A DNA stretch of 63,606 nt, filler included, from Octopus bimaculoides (GCF_001194135.2; 6 parts of 6 records of this genome joined end to end with filler, not necessarily neighbours in it); one strand, 5' to 3'; positions 35,016 through 48,497 are shown, counted from the first letter of the whole stretch. The notes: generated from the letters alone by a model not told the origin. Numbers and translations are program-made.

Positions 35016-37531
35016 GAAGAAGATACTACAGAGGAAATAATTATAGACCAGCCTAGGACTGATGAAAATGCAATAATTATTGAAAGAGTTAATGTAACTG
35101 ATAGGCAAAATGAAATACTCTCTGAACCAAAGTAAACATTAAGGCAGATGAAAATCAAATAAATGAAGAAAGTCACACAGAAATTGATCCAACATAACTA
35201 CATGTTATAAAAAATCAAATCACGATTGAATGGCTGAAAATTAAAGAAACCAGTATGAATGAACGCGACACTCTACCAAAAATTCGCAATTCTAACCAAA
35301 ACCTGAAAATAATTGGTAAAATCTGCCTTGCACTTAAGGATATAATTTCAGCTAATGATGTTGATATTAGAGATCTCAACCACCTGTTCTATGCATCCGC
35401 AAAAATCTCAACGATTTTGTGGTGAAAAGATTAGAAAACGACATTTCTACAAAAAGCCTTCTTGGCAAGAGCGTATTCAATACCAAATTCAGCTACATAG
35501 GTCTGACATAGAATGTTTAAAAACCTTAAGTTTGACAAGAGTATCAAACCTACAAAAGCCCGAAAATTAAAGAAAAAATATATGAAAACCATATTTGACA
35601 TTGATACCACCATAGAAACCATTAAGTAAAAGGTATGTGCTAAAGCTTCCCGCATAGCAGGTTATGAAAAGCGCGTTAGATTCTTCAAGGACAACAACAT
35701 GTTCAAAAATAACCCCCAAAATGTTTACAGGAAGAGAGGAAAAATACCAGCTACTGTAAAGTCTGTCCCATAAAAAGAAGTGCAGGAATTTTGGAATAAA
35801 ATTTGGGCAGAAGGAAAAACACAAAATGAAAAGGCCCTTTGGATTGAAAGAATATCTACACACTTAGACTCCTTAGAAGAGCAAAAGTGGTAGGGTATCA
35901 AGGTAGACGATGTAAGATCTGCTCTCAGGAAGTCAAGCAAATAGAAGTATCTAGAAAAGGATAAAATTCTTAACTTCTGGTTGAATGCCTTCGCAGAGAG
36001 CCATGAACTGCTAACAAAACTTTACAACAATGTTTTGCAACAACTTAGTATGGTTCTCTCTTGGCTAGTTAATGGTGTAATATTCCTACTACCAAACAAT
36101 GAAGAAACAAACGAACTAACAAATCATAGACCCATAACCTGCTTATCAACAATGTATAAAACGCTAACATCTCTCTTGACTGAATATACCTACAGTCTTT
36201 TAATAGAAAGTGGCATATTCCCTAATGAGCAAAAAAGGATGTAAACGTGGGTCCTATGATTGTAAAGATCAGCTACTCATCAATAAGATGATCTTGGAAG
36301 ATTGTCACAAACGACACAAAAACTTGTCGATACTCTGGGTAGACTATAAAAATGCTTTTGACAGTCTACCAAATAGCTGGATTAAGAAATGTCTAGCGGA
36401 GAGCTACAAATACCTAGGGGTATTTGAAAGGGACGAAATCAAACATTCAGTGATGAGGGAAAGGATCAGAAAAGAATGTTATTGCAGAGTAAGAGCAATA
36501 CTCAAGACAGCTGGATGCAAGAAACAGGATCGAAGCGATCAATACTTTAGCCATACCAGTTGTGACTTACAGTTTCAATATCATTAACTGGTCAATTACT
36601 GAAATATGTAATGTTGACAGAAAAATACAAAAATTCTTGATAATGCATAGAATGCACCACCCTAAGGCAGATATAGAACGACTTTATCTGCCAAGAAAAG
36701 AAGGAAGGCGTGAACTTTTACAACTGGAATTAGCAATGAATATTGCCACAACTGACCTAGACACCTACCTGAAAAACTCTGAGAATTGGATATTAAAACT
36801 TGCCTTAAAACATGAAGACAAGAAAGCATCATACACAGTAACAAAACAGGCAAAGGAATATATAAGTAAATTACAGATACAACAAATTCCAGAATTAGAT
36901 GTACTAGAAACAAGCAAAGAAAAAGCTAAGCGTATGAAAACGCGTGCTAAAACTACTGCCTCAGATATTCTTACTGATAAATGGCAAGAAAAACCTCTCA
37001 ATGGCAAATACCCAAAGAGAGCTAATAACGCCGATGTTGACAAAGCCCTTACCCATCAATTGCTAATGGCTTCTGGCTNNNNNNNNNNCTAATAACGCCG
37101 ATGTTGACAAAGCCCTTACCCATCAATTGCTAATGGCTTCTGGCTTAAAATCAGAAACAGAAGGGTTTATCATAGCAGCCCAAGATCAATGCCTATCTAC
37201 AAGAAACTACCATGCCAACATATTAAAGAACGGCAGCTGCTCAACATGTCGTGTATGTCAACAACAAAATGAAACCATTGATCATGTTGTCTCCATGCAG
37301 TCTTCTTGCACCTATAGAGTATCTCAACAGGCATGATAGAGCAGCACAATATATTCACTCATAATTTTCTTATGTTTTCTTAAATACTCTCTAGAACAAT
37401 ACTATGTACAAAACCAAATATATGGCACCCTAGGTATAGCACCAACATGAACTTCTAACTTGTTGTCTCTTGAGATCTCTAGGTGAGACTTGGAGCCAAT
37501 TTCTATAAATACAAAGCAAAAGTCAAGCATA
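35011..37531 (+). mobile_element. R4/Dong-clade RLE LINE, 5'-truncated and internally deleted, flanked by (TAA)n
   Basis: RPITCLSTMYKTLTSLL; EQKGCKRGSYDCKDQLLINK; WVDYKNAFDSLPNSWI; YKYLG; RLYLPRKEG; KSETEGFIIAAQDQ; CRVCQQQNETIDHVVS (CCHC). (AAT)n at 34922-35010 and 37531-37665. Confidence 0.93.
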
Positions 37532-37604
<73 letters not shown>

Positions 37605-37613
37605 GTAGCAGTA

Positions 37614-37666
<53 letters not shown>

Positions 37667-38244
37667 TCTGCTTGTTCCTCCGTTACTTAGCCCGTACGTC
37701 ACACTTCCACGTAATTATTTGAAGAGAGGGAGGAGAGGGAGGAGAGGGATGGGTGGGGTGGTACGGATGGAGAAGGGGAGAAGAGGAAGGACAGGTGAGT
37801 GAAATGTGTAATTATCTTGAACTAAGTTTTTTTCCTCTGCTTCTTAGCTCGTCTGTAACGCTTTCACGTGATTAGTTGAAGGGAAAGGCGAAGAGTGAAA
37901 GAAAAAGGAGAGAGAAAAGAAGAGTGATAGAGAAAGAAGGAGAGTGCTGTGTATTAAGCCTTTAAAATTGTGCATAAAGTATATAAAGTGCATTGTGTAA
38001 TCATCGTATTCTAGTTTCCTTCACTTTTTAATTATTAGCAGACACAACACAGGTAACGCTTTCAGGTTTGTTGGATAAACTTTTCAAAAATAACCCAATA
38101 TGTTTACCATTAACTCTGTGAAATATTTACATGTCCCGCTAGTAATAATAATTATGCGTTGCATTATATTCGAGATGGAACTTTCCAGTATTTCAAAAAC
38201 ACAAAGTAAACGAACTGACAATATGGCAGTTTATTATTATCAGT

Positions 38245-38435
38245 TTAAGGAGGGCGGAGAGCTGGAAGAATCATTAGGACACTCAACAAAACGCTAAGCA
38301 GTATTTCGTCCATCTTCACTTCTGAGTTCGAATTGCGCCAACGTCGACTTTGTTTTTCATCCTTTCGGTATCATTGATATTAAGTACTTTGCGGTTCGAT
38401 GTAATCAACTAGCCGACTTTCTCCAAATTTAAGTT
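38245..38435 (+). mobile_element. SINE family C, diverged
   Basis: GGCGGAGAGCTGGAAGAATC head, TTCTGAGTTCGAATT, GTCGACTTTG.TTTTCATCCTTTCGG. Confidence 0.75.
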
Positions 38436-38534
38436 GAAGGGATTATTATAACTTTAAGGATAGGTGTATGGTATCAGTTGAGGTAGTGTGGATAAAAAAA
38501 GGAGTTTTGAATGGATTAAAATTTAGAATATACA

Positions 38535-38780
38535 TACGGGCTGTGTGCTTAAGAAGCTCTCTTTGCAGCATGTAGTTTTGGGTTTATAGATGTCTTTTAC
38601 TATAGCTCTGGACCAAGATAAATATCTTTTACTATATCCCTGGACCGACCAACGCCAAGCGAGTGAATCCGGTTCACAGAAACTATGTGGAAGCCTGTCG
38701 TGGTTCGACTAAACCCTTCGAGAGGTGTCCCATAATTGCTGCAGTTTAGTGACCAAAACATGTAAAAGAAACGATAAAAC
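38535..38780 (+). mobile_element. SINE family A, rearranged and degraded
   Basis: GGCTGTGTGCTTAAGAAG head, duplicated TACTATA.C.CTGGACC, GAAGCCTGTCGT fused to TTCGACTAAA 3' part. Confidence 0.5.
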
Positions 38781-39178
38781 AAAAAGCAAATACTTATAGA
38801 TGTTTCATCCGATGCTCTGGGTGTCTAAATTACGCAATCGACCTGATGACGACGTAAAACTGTTATGTTGTGAAATAGGTTAAGGTAACTAACTGTTAAT
38901 TAGCGGTAAGTGAGAAGAGAGCCTTTATACTGTGGCCCTACTTGCTAAAAATAACAGCCAAATCAAGACGATACTATAACTCTCTCATAGTTTTTACAGT
39001 TCTTCTCGAAATGCATTAACACCAACGATCATAGTTACATTACGTCTGTCTCAGTTAAACATAATGCTTGATGCATTGCTAACAGGTGATTGTTGCATTG
39101 GTGCTGTAGATAGTGGCGATACTGTTCCTGATGAAGACATTAAAGTCGGTATGTAGAGGTGGGGAAGGTGCGTGGTTG

Positions 39179-39624
39179 CAGGCACAATGGAATAACCCAT
39201 TTAGCAAAATAAGCGCGTGCTTAGGGCATCAAGGGACGAGGGCACTACAGAAATGAAAACGGTTTACGCACAAAAGAAATCACTTTAAAATTGCTAAAAT
39301 AATATACGTAATGCCTTATCTCTACTAAGTAGAGAAGCAGAAGTTTTACGTAAACTCAAGTTTAACAATATCATGGAACACTTTGCAATTAAAAAAAAAA
39401 CAAAGAAAGAAGGAAAAACTTTTCAAATATAAATAAAATAGAAGCATACAAAAATAAACATTACTTTCCATCTTACTGTGAATTTTGCTAAAAATTAATT
39501 CAATGGTTTATTATCGTTTACATTTTGAATTATTTTTGTCTACATTTTGAACCATTTACATATACCTGATGGAGCCAAAACCTTTTAAGTGCTTAGGGCC
39601 TCAATGGGTCTTAATCCGGCACTA
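39179..39624. mobile_element. Possible decayed DNA-transposon MITE
   Basis: Ends CAGGC...GGAATAACCCATT and reverse-complement TAGTGCCGGATTAAGACCCATT; GTGCTTAGGGC repeated near both ends. Confidence 0.35.
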
Positions 39625-40685
39625 GTTGTAGGACTAATGGTAATGGTGGTGGTAGAGAGGTAATGTTAACGGTGATGATGACGCGGAAGAGGAGGAGGTG
39701 GATGATGATGATGATGATGATGACGGTAGTGGTGGTGGTGGTGATGATGATGATGATGATGACGGTGACAACAACGACGACCACGACGATGACAGCGGCA
39801 TCGATAAAGCTGATCGTTTAGCTATTGTAATTTGAAAACTTGAAAAATGAAAATTCGTTTTCAATGTTTTTTGATGAAAATTATTTCAAGACCAAATAGT
39901 CCACACCTAGCTTATGGTGAAAAAGTTGGCATTACACGACAGAGCAAACTCAAAGGATTGCCGGAATTATATTGAACTGAAACTAGTTTAATTTATTTCA
40001 ATAATAGTAATAATAATGACGACAACAACAACAACAACAATAATAATAATAATAAATTTGTTATAAATATAATAATAACTCTTTCATTTTCATTTTCATT
40101 TTCATTTTCATTTGCCACAAGCGACTTTTCATACATAAAACAACGTGTTATGAAAAACTGGTTAAAAGAACGTAAAAACTTAATTATACAAGTAGGAGTG
40201 GGGCATAATCGATGCACAATGTAAGAGCATATTAAAAACTCTGTGAAACTTCAGAGAATATNNNNNNNNNNNNNNNNNNNNNNNNNNNNNNNNNNNNNNN
40301 NNNNNNNNNNNNNNNNNNNNNNNNNNNNNNNNNNNNNNNNNNNNNNNNNNNNNNNNNNNNNNNNNNNNNNNNNNNNNNNNNNNNNNNNNNNNNNNNNNNN
40401 NNNNNNNNNNNNNNNNNNNNNNNNNNNNNNNNNNNNNNNNNNNNNNNNNNNNNNNNNNNNNNNNNNNNNNNNNNNNNNNNNNNNNNNNNNNNNNNNNNNN
40501 NNNNNNNNNNNNNNNNNNNNNNNNNNNNNNNNNNNNNNNNNNNNNNNNNNNNNNNNNNNNNNNNNNNNNNNNNNNNNNNNNNNNNNNNNNNNNNNNNNNN
40601 NNNNNNNNNNNNNNNNNNNNNNNNNNNNNNNNNNNNNNNNNNNNNNNNNNNNNNNNNNNTATATATATATATATATATATATACA

Positions 40686-40716
<31 letters not shown>

Positions 40717-42780
40717 CAAGGGTATGAAAGGTATTGGTGTTAGGAAGACCCAAAAGGTATCGAGTAAACGCTAAGTAAGTGCTACAACAAAAACTCTTAT
40801 TCTTTCCTACAATTCGACATGAATAATTACTATTCTTCTATTTCTCCTAAACTTCTAAATCAAGCTCTTCTTCTAGCTAAGGACCTAATTAACCTAACTC
40901 CACTGGAAATTAACATAATCCTTAATGCCTGCAAAACGCTTATTTCTTTTGAGGGTAAAGTCTGGTGCCGAGCCAATCACCACAACAATAACCATAGCAA
41001 CTCATTTGACATTACCATGGGATCATATAATTCCACCCAGGCCACTGACCTGGTTGGACTATACATACTCCACCAGCTACAAATACATTTCCCTAGCATC
41101 AAGAGGGATCTCTACAGAAATGACGCCTTACTAGTTACCAAAAGCATAAATAAATCCTCCTTGGAAAGAAGTAGAAAGGATCTACACAAATTCTTCTCTA
41201 ACTTAAACCTATTTATCATATTCGAAAATTCTCGCAAAACTTCTAACTTTTTAGATGTAACTCTAAACTTATCTNNNNNNNNNNNNNNNNNNNNNNNNNN
41301 NNNNNNNNNNNNNNNNNNNNNNNNNNNNNNNNNNNNNNNNNNNNNNNNNNNNNNNNNNNNNNNNATACTCCCCTTACCACAAACCTAGCCAATATCTTTA
41401 ATACCTAAACATCCATTCTAATCACCACAAATCCACTTTTGCTAACATAATCAAGGATATCTTGACCCGTATATCTGATCTCTCTTCCACTGAGTAAATT
41501 TTCAATAACCACGCACTTATTACAATCAAGCACTCGCCGTTAGCGGCTTCTCCCAACAAATAAAATACATCCATAACTCCAAGCTCAAACAATATATATC
41601 TCAAATCACATCGCAAAGATACACCAACCATCAGAATCACAACCGACTACACATACACTTTGATAGAACCCCGGAAGATCTCGCACCTAGACAACCTAGA
41701 CCCGCACGCATACATTTAACACTTGGTCAACAACTAAAACAGCTAAAATAGCTAACAACAACAGCCTTTACTACTCCCCCTTCATTCTCCAAAAATGTGT
41801 ATAACACTACTCCTAAACAACAAAAATAAGTGGCAGACGCTCCATTCTGTGGTACACACTCCCCTTCTCACTTAATGTTAAGAACTTAGCCAAATCCATC
41901 TTTAAAATACTGGACTCTAACTTCCCACGTCAAAATAAATATTATTCTATTTTTAATAGATCCACCCTGAAACTATCCTATTCTGCCCCACCCAACTTCG
42001 AATCTATCATAGCAGCCTCTAATAAGCAAAAGCTTTCTCTCTACTATCAAAACTCACATAGTTACAACTCTAGACACACGAACGCTCAACATATACGCAA
42101 CTCCAACACGGAAACCCTTACATTAGACCCAACCCATCCTACTACAACCCGTACCATTCTTACACATAGTACAATTAACAACAACAATAATAACAATAGT
42201 AACATTAATGACACTAATAGTTAGGACCTTTCTATCCCCTTCTCTAACTTCTCCTCTGATAATATTACCTCCTCCATTCCTGAAAACAATCTCCAAAGTA
42301 CACCCACTTGTAACTGCCGTCCTGGGGCCATCTGCTCTTTACAAACCCATTGTAGAAGATATAGCGTAATTTATAAATGCACTGTCCTTAACACATTACA
42401 CAATTCTACGGCCATATATATAGGATCAACCATCAATTTTGAACAACAATATGCCGCTCATCTCCATTCTTTTAGATACGATAAACATAGTAAATCTACA
42501 ACACTCGCCAGTCACATAAATCATCTCAAAAATACAAATATACCCTATACTTTGTCATAGCCCATAATAGATTCAGGGCTTCCTTGCCAAGGTCAACGCT
42601 CAGCCTGTAAGTTTTGCCTGAAGGTGGCACTCCACATATTAAAGCACAACTCTTCTACACAACAAATTAAACATAATGCTATGTCTCAAGCTACTGCTAT
42701 CTAGCACGTTCGGATGATCTCTACTCAACCGCTACACAACTGCTACTCGACTGCTACTCGACTGCTACTCAACACTCCTA
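40717..42780 (+). mobile_element. Naiad-like PLE, 5'-truncated, RT plus C-terminal GIY-YIG, disrupted
   Basis: QFDMNNYYSSI; FDITMGSYNSTQATDLVGLYIL; LYRNDAL (YRDD mutated); FLDVTLNL; PYHKP..YLNIHSNH; ILWYTLPFS...NFP...IFNRSTLKLSYS.PN; CNCR..ICSL..HC...VIYKCTV...YIGST..F...Y..HLHSFR...STTLA.HI..LK...CKFCL. Confidence 0.9.
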
Positions 42781-42987
42781 CCACGGCCAGACTACCTCTA
42801 TTTATATGTATTTATAACTTGTTGATACAGCTAAAACATTCTCAGTTTCCAATTCTATCTGAACTTTGTGCACAAAAGAAACTGCAACATTTATCTCATG
42901 TTAGATAAGTAAGATACATGGTAGCATCTTACTCTTTACATTGACTTGAAAAGTGTAAAGAAGTGTCCTCGAATACCCATCGTCTCC

Positions 42988-43039
<52 letters not shown>

Positions 43040-43059
<20 letters not shown>

Positions 43060-43225
43060 GAGGATAAGCTTTCGAGAGTTTACTGCCTATCTAATCAAAT
43101 TCCACACTCAACATGTTGGTCAATTAAAGTCACAGTAGAGGATACTTGCTCAATAGTATGAGATCAAGTTTATACCCACATGTCTACATATCGAGTATTT
43201 TAACCATGCAGCCGTGCCCGTCCGA
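43040..43225 (-). mobile_element. SINE family A head, highly degraded
   Basis: Reverse complement has GCACGGCTGCATGGTTAA, TTGAGCAAGTATCCTCTACTGT and GTGGAATTTGATTAGATAGGCAGTAAAC next to (CA)n. Confidence 0.4.
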
Positions 43226-43288
43226 TTATTTACGTATGCTCACATATGTTTGTATAATGTGTGTATGAGTGCGCCCGCGTATGTATTT

Positions 43289-43337
<49 letters not shown>

Positions 43338-43696
43338 TGCGTGTGTGTGTGTGTGCACGTACGTATGCATGCTATAACATAAGGTGAGGGAGTATTCTCT
43401 TATGACCAGCGGGCGACATTATAAGATAGTGAATCAAAATAGATTTCACTCAAAACAAGAACTTACTAAGTATTTCATGAACTTGAAACAAGTACGTTAA
43501 CACTTCAGTAAAGTAAGACTGTCCGATTATTGTCGGATCGTAAACATTGATTTTATTGATAAAACTTTTCCAGCTCATCATTAAATCAATCGTCTCAGCT
43601 ATATGAGTACGGTGCGGGTTCGTATTTATATATATATATATATGTGTGTGCTGCTGTGCGTGTACAAGTATGTGAATATGCACGCACACACACATA

Positions 43697-43751
<55 letters not shown>

Positions 43752-45181
43752 GTATGTACGAAATTTCTTTCATTTGCTTTTGCCAATGAGGTCGTCTACA
43801 TCTAAACAGAAAATATTTTCAATAAATGCTCCCTATTGTCCAAAATTTGAATCTCCCCACCGCCATTTCAAAGCTGTCGTCTGCCCTTCAATTTCTTTTG
43901 AAAAAAAATATTCTTTCATCANNNNNNNNNNNNNNNNNNNNNNNNNNNNNNNNNNNNNNNNNNNNNNNNNNNNNNNNNNNNNNNNNNNNNNNNNNNNNNN
44001 NNNNNNNNNNNNNNNNNNNNNNNNNNNNNNNNNNNNNNNNNNNNNNNNNNNNNNNNNNNNNNNNNNNNNNNNNNNNNNNNNNNNNNNNNNNNNNNNNNNN
44101 NNNNNNNNNNNNNNNNNNNNNNNNNNNNNNNNNNNNNNNNNNNNNNNNNNNNNNNNNNNNNNNNNNNNNNNNNNNNNNNNNNNNNNNNNNNNNNNNNNNN
44201 NNNNNNNNNNNNNNNNNNNNNNNNNNNNNNNNNNNNNNNNNNNNNNNNNNNNNNNNNNNNNNNNNNNNNNNNNNNNNNNNNNNNNNNNNNNNNNNNNNNN
44301 NNNNNNNNNNNNNNNNNNNNNNNNNNNNNNNNNNNNNNNNNNNNNNNNNNNNNNNNNACACATACATATATATATATATTTATATATAAATATATATGTA
44401 TATATATATGTACATATGTATGTGTATATATATATGCATGTTTGTATGTAAAAACATATATATACATGCACATATACACATACATATATACATACATATA
44501 TACATACATAGACATGCATACATACATACATACATACATACAAACAAGCACATGCATACATACATTCATACATACATACACACGCACATACATACAAACA
44601 CACACACACACACATATATGATGTTTACCACCATTTATTTCAAAGATTTAAATAAATATATTATCTTCCCCGCCTTCTATAAAATCTCAAGCCAATTTGT
44701 TTTCTTTTCTTTTTTTTTTGTTCTTGTTTCTCTTTTCCTTTAGAAAGATTCTCCAAAATGAATTTACTTTATGTGGATGGACTGTTCCGTTTATTTTATT
44801 TTATTTTTCTCTAAATACCGAAGCAAGTTTATTGTTACTGTTGGCATAGTTTATGTGCGAAGAGTCATGTTTCGATCTCAAGTTGTTACCGTTTTCACTC
44901 TCAATATCCTTTTATTGTTTTGTTTTCAGTATTATTATTTTTGTTATTATTTTTGCCTTATTTATTTATACTGTATTATTTTTACTTTTNNNNNNNNNNN
45001 NNNNNNNNNNNNNNNNNNNNNNNNNNNNNNNNNNNNNNNNNNNNNNNNNNNNNNNNNNNNNNNNNNNNNNNNNNNNNNNNNNNNNNNNNNNNNNNNNNNN
45101 NNNNNNNNNNNNNNNNNNNNNNNNNNNNNNNNNNNNNNNNNNNNNNNNNNNNNNNNAATCATTATTTCTTCATTTTTGATT

Positions 45182-45224
<43 letters not shown>

Positions 45225-45499
45225 ATTCCTTTCTATTCTTTTACCAGAAAGCTTGTTGTTTTTTCCAACAGTTGAAAGTGTCACGCTAGCGTGACGATTT
45301 CTCCGAACCGGGGACATCACAGAATAATAACATATAATAAAATAAATGAAGATACCATAGCAAAATCAAATAACAAAAAAACAAAAAAAAAACTGATTAA
45401 AAAACAACAAGCATTGGATTACAAACTGGATATTTGTTCATGCTCTTGTTTTTGTTCATTCCATTTATGTAATTCGGAAGTACTTCCATTTAATCACTC

Positions 45500-45900
45500 C
45501 TACTGCCACCCACCGAGCCTCTGCTCCCAATGCCATCATCACCATTAACGCTCACTTCAACCAACTCCATCACCATCATTATCAACAATACCACGACCAC
45601 AACCACCGCCGATACCAGTATCACCACTGACAGCACCGTTGCTGCTTCCATTACTACCACCACCAACACCAACAACATCATTGGCAACAGTGCTACAACC
45701 ACATCACAAGCGCCACCGCTATTAGAATTATCATCAATTTTGTCATCACCGTTATCATCTTTTCCCAACGCTCTTCGTCATCGTCATCGTCATCGTCATC
45801 ATCATCATCATCGTCATCATCATTGTCGTGGTCATCATCGTCGTCATCATCGTCGCCGTCCTTGTCGTCGTCGTCATCGTTAACTCCATCATCATCGCCG

Positions 45901-45954
<54 letters not shown>

Positions 45955-46190
45955 ACAACATCATCATCATCATCATCCTCGTTATCAACAACATCATCAT
46001 CACCATCATCATTATCATCTCCATCGTCATCGTTATCGTCGTCACGAGCAAAACAGCGTATAGCCAATCGTTAAAGTTATTGTTGTTATTCTTCCCTAAC
46101 TTCATTTTGCAGTTGTTGTTGTAGCTGCTATTTCAGTTGTTACCACCGAGTTTGTCATAGAGGTTGTTGTTGTTGTTGTTGTTGTTGTTA
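45500..46190. repeat. Compound (CAT/CGT/ACC/GTT)n array
   Basis: Direct reading. Confidence 0.9.
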
Positions 46191-46750
46191 TTTTTCTTAC
46201 ATTTGAAAAATCAAAATGAAAATTGGAAAGAACAAAAAATCCAAAATATACAAAAAAAATATACAAAATGAAAGACACTGAAAACAACAATAACAACAAC
46301 AATAAGCATTAAACAGAAAACAAAGCAGAGCTGAAAGATGTTAATGAGAAAAAGGCGTATAGACTTATTAGAGGATAAACCAAGCGCAGCATGATGTGCA
46401 GTGTTGTGTAACCAACAGTGACTCCAAGACAAACAGGCGAGACAAAGAACACAGCAATATGAAAGGCGATGAAAAAGAACGTAACAAACAAACAATTTAA
46501 ACAATAAAGCAACAAAACAAAAAAAAACGACAAAACAATAAAAAAGGCGGAAAGAAAAGAGAAAAGCAAAACGACAAAAATAATCCAAAACAAAGAAGGA
46601 AGCAAGAATTTTAAACAAAATTAACCAAAAAAATTAACCTATCGCATTGATGTAAAATTAAATGAAAAAGAAAACAAAAAAACGTTTAAATTTAAAAATG
46701 TATAACAATAATGAAAATAATGTAGTATATATACTTATATATATATATAT

Positions 46751-46850
46751 NNNNNNNNNNNNNNNNNNNNNNNNNNNNNNNNNNNNNNNNNNNNTTAATT
46801 AATTAANNNNNNNNNNNNNNNNNNNNNNNNNNNNNNNNNNNNNNNNNNNN
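46751..46850. other. Artificial 100-bp join spacer
   Basis: 44N-TTAATTAATTAA-44N. Confidence 0.95.
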
Positions 46851-46873
46851 TATATATATATGCACACACACGC

Positions 46874-47115
46874 ATAGGCGCAGGAGTGGTTGTGTGGTAA
46901 GTAGCTTGTTTACTAATCTTATGATTCCGGGTTCAGTCCCACTGCGTGGCACCTTGGGCAGGTGTCTTCTACTATAGCTTTGGGCCGACCAAAGCCTTGT
47001 CAGTGGATTTGGTTGACGGAGGCTCATCGTGTATGTATTTATATATATATATATAAATATGCATATGTTTGTGTGTCTGTGTTTGCCCCCTACCATCGCT
47101 TGACAACCAATGTTG
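46874..47115 (+). mobile_element. SINE family A, 5' two-thirds
   Basis: AGGCGCAGGAGTGGTTGTGTGGTAAG, GGGTTCAGTCCCACTGCGTGGCACCTTGGGCA, stops after CGCTTGACAACCAATGTTG. Confidence 0.85.
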
Positions 47116-47339
47116 AACAAATTTCAAGGTCAAGTCCCTTTATCAAAATAAATAATTTCGAAGCATAAAGACATTTTAAGATAATATTAAAATTTAAGAA
47201 TTTTTTTTTAATTCCTAAAAATCTATAACTTTTCCTTATTGCTCCTGAAAAGCGCTAATTAATTGCGCTGTATTAAAGGATATCCTTTTTATATACATCT
47301 CATAATTATATATATCATATATATAATATATACATATAT

Positions 47340-47595
47340 GTGTACGTGTGTGCCTGTGTTTGTGTGACCTTGTATGTTTTTCTTTGTGTCTGTGTTTGTC
47401 CTCCCCATTATTTGACATCCGGTGTTGGCGTGTTTACGTCCCCGTAACTCAGCGGCTCGGCCAAAAGTGCCGATAGAATAAGTATCAGGCTTAAAGTACT
47501 GAGTTGATTCATTCGACTAAAAATTATTCAAGCCGCGTGGCTCATCATGGGCGCAGTCTAATGACCGAAAGAATTAAATGATAAAAGATAAAAGA
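47340..47595 (+). mobile_element. SINE family A, 3' half of a second copy
   Basis: GTGTTTACGTCCCCGTAACT.AGCGG.TCGG, CCGATAGAATAAGTA, (GATAAAA)n end. Confidence 0.75.
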
Positions 47596-47879
47596 TGATA
47601 CGGGTTGATTTTCAAAACAAGTCTCTCTTAAATTTCATGGCATTGTCTTATAAATGGTAAATTACATATGGTAATCTTATATATTTTAAGTCGGAGGAAA
47701 AACGGCAATGTCACTTTTAAGCATAGTTCTACTCGATCAGGACTAACTAAGGGCTAAAAAGCAAAAATAACAACAAAACTTTTACACTTGATCAGAATCA
47801 CTGATACAGAATGAGTAATAAACATGAGAATTAAAGGTGTGTCAAGTAGGTGGCTGGAAGTCTCCTTTGTTGTTCGCTA

Positions 47880-48290
47880 AGGCCACATATGTCATATAGT
47901 GCTCTATTCTTGTGGGTCATCTGGTACTCCATCCCAGCAGGCATGTGAAAGAGGTTGCATAGATAAATTATTTACAGCTTTAAATCCCCAACAACTGCCC
48001 TTGTATTTTCACCTGTTTTGATTTTCTCAAACCAACCGTGATGGATATTTCACGGTTGTTTAGATGCTGTCATTGTTACAAGTTCGCAAATTAACACTTA
48101 CACCTTATAAATATGCGACCTTATACCTAATTAATAAATCGATATTTCTTCTTATTATACTGTTCATTTTCATAGTCCATTTTGGTCCTAATGTGTCTTT
48201 CCGGTGTTTAGTAACTGCTGAATAACTTTATCAACTAAGAATATATAATCTGCATACAAACAATACTTTGATGGGTTATCTAGTGCTTAA
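47880..48290 (-). pseudogene. Possible very old LINE RT remnant (RTE-like)
   Basis: Minus strand YCLYADYIFLV resembles LYADD..L; little else recoverable. Confidence 0.25.
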
Positions 48291-48373
48291 CTCTCTACTT
48301 CACACATCTCAACGAGGATAAAAGCACCTTTCAAAAGTCACAGCGTCGTTAAACTGTTTGTCTTTCGTGCAGA

Positions 48374-48430
<57 letters not shown>

Positions 48431-48433
48431 GTG

Positions 48434-48497
<64 letters not shown>

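Noticed and set aside
37021-37140. Direct repeat of about 57 bp either side of a 10-N gap in the Dong element
   Set aside because: Pattern of an unmerged contig overlap; treated as an assembly artefact.
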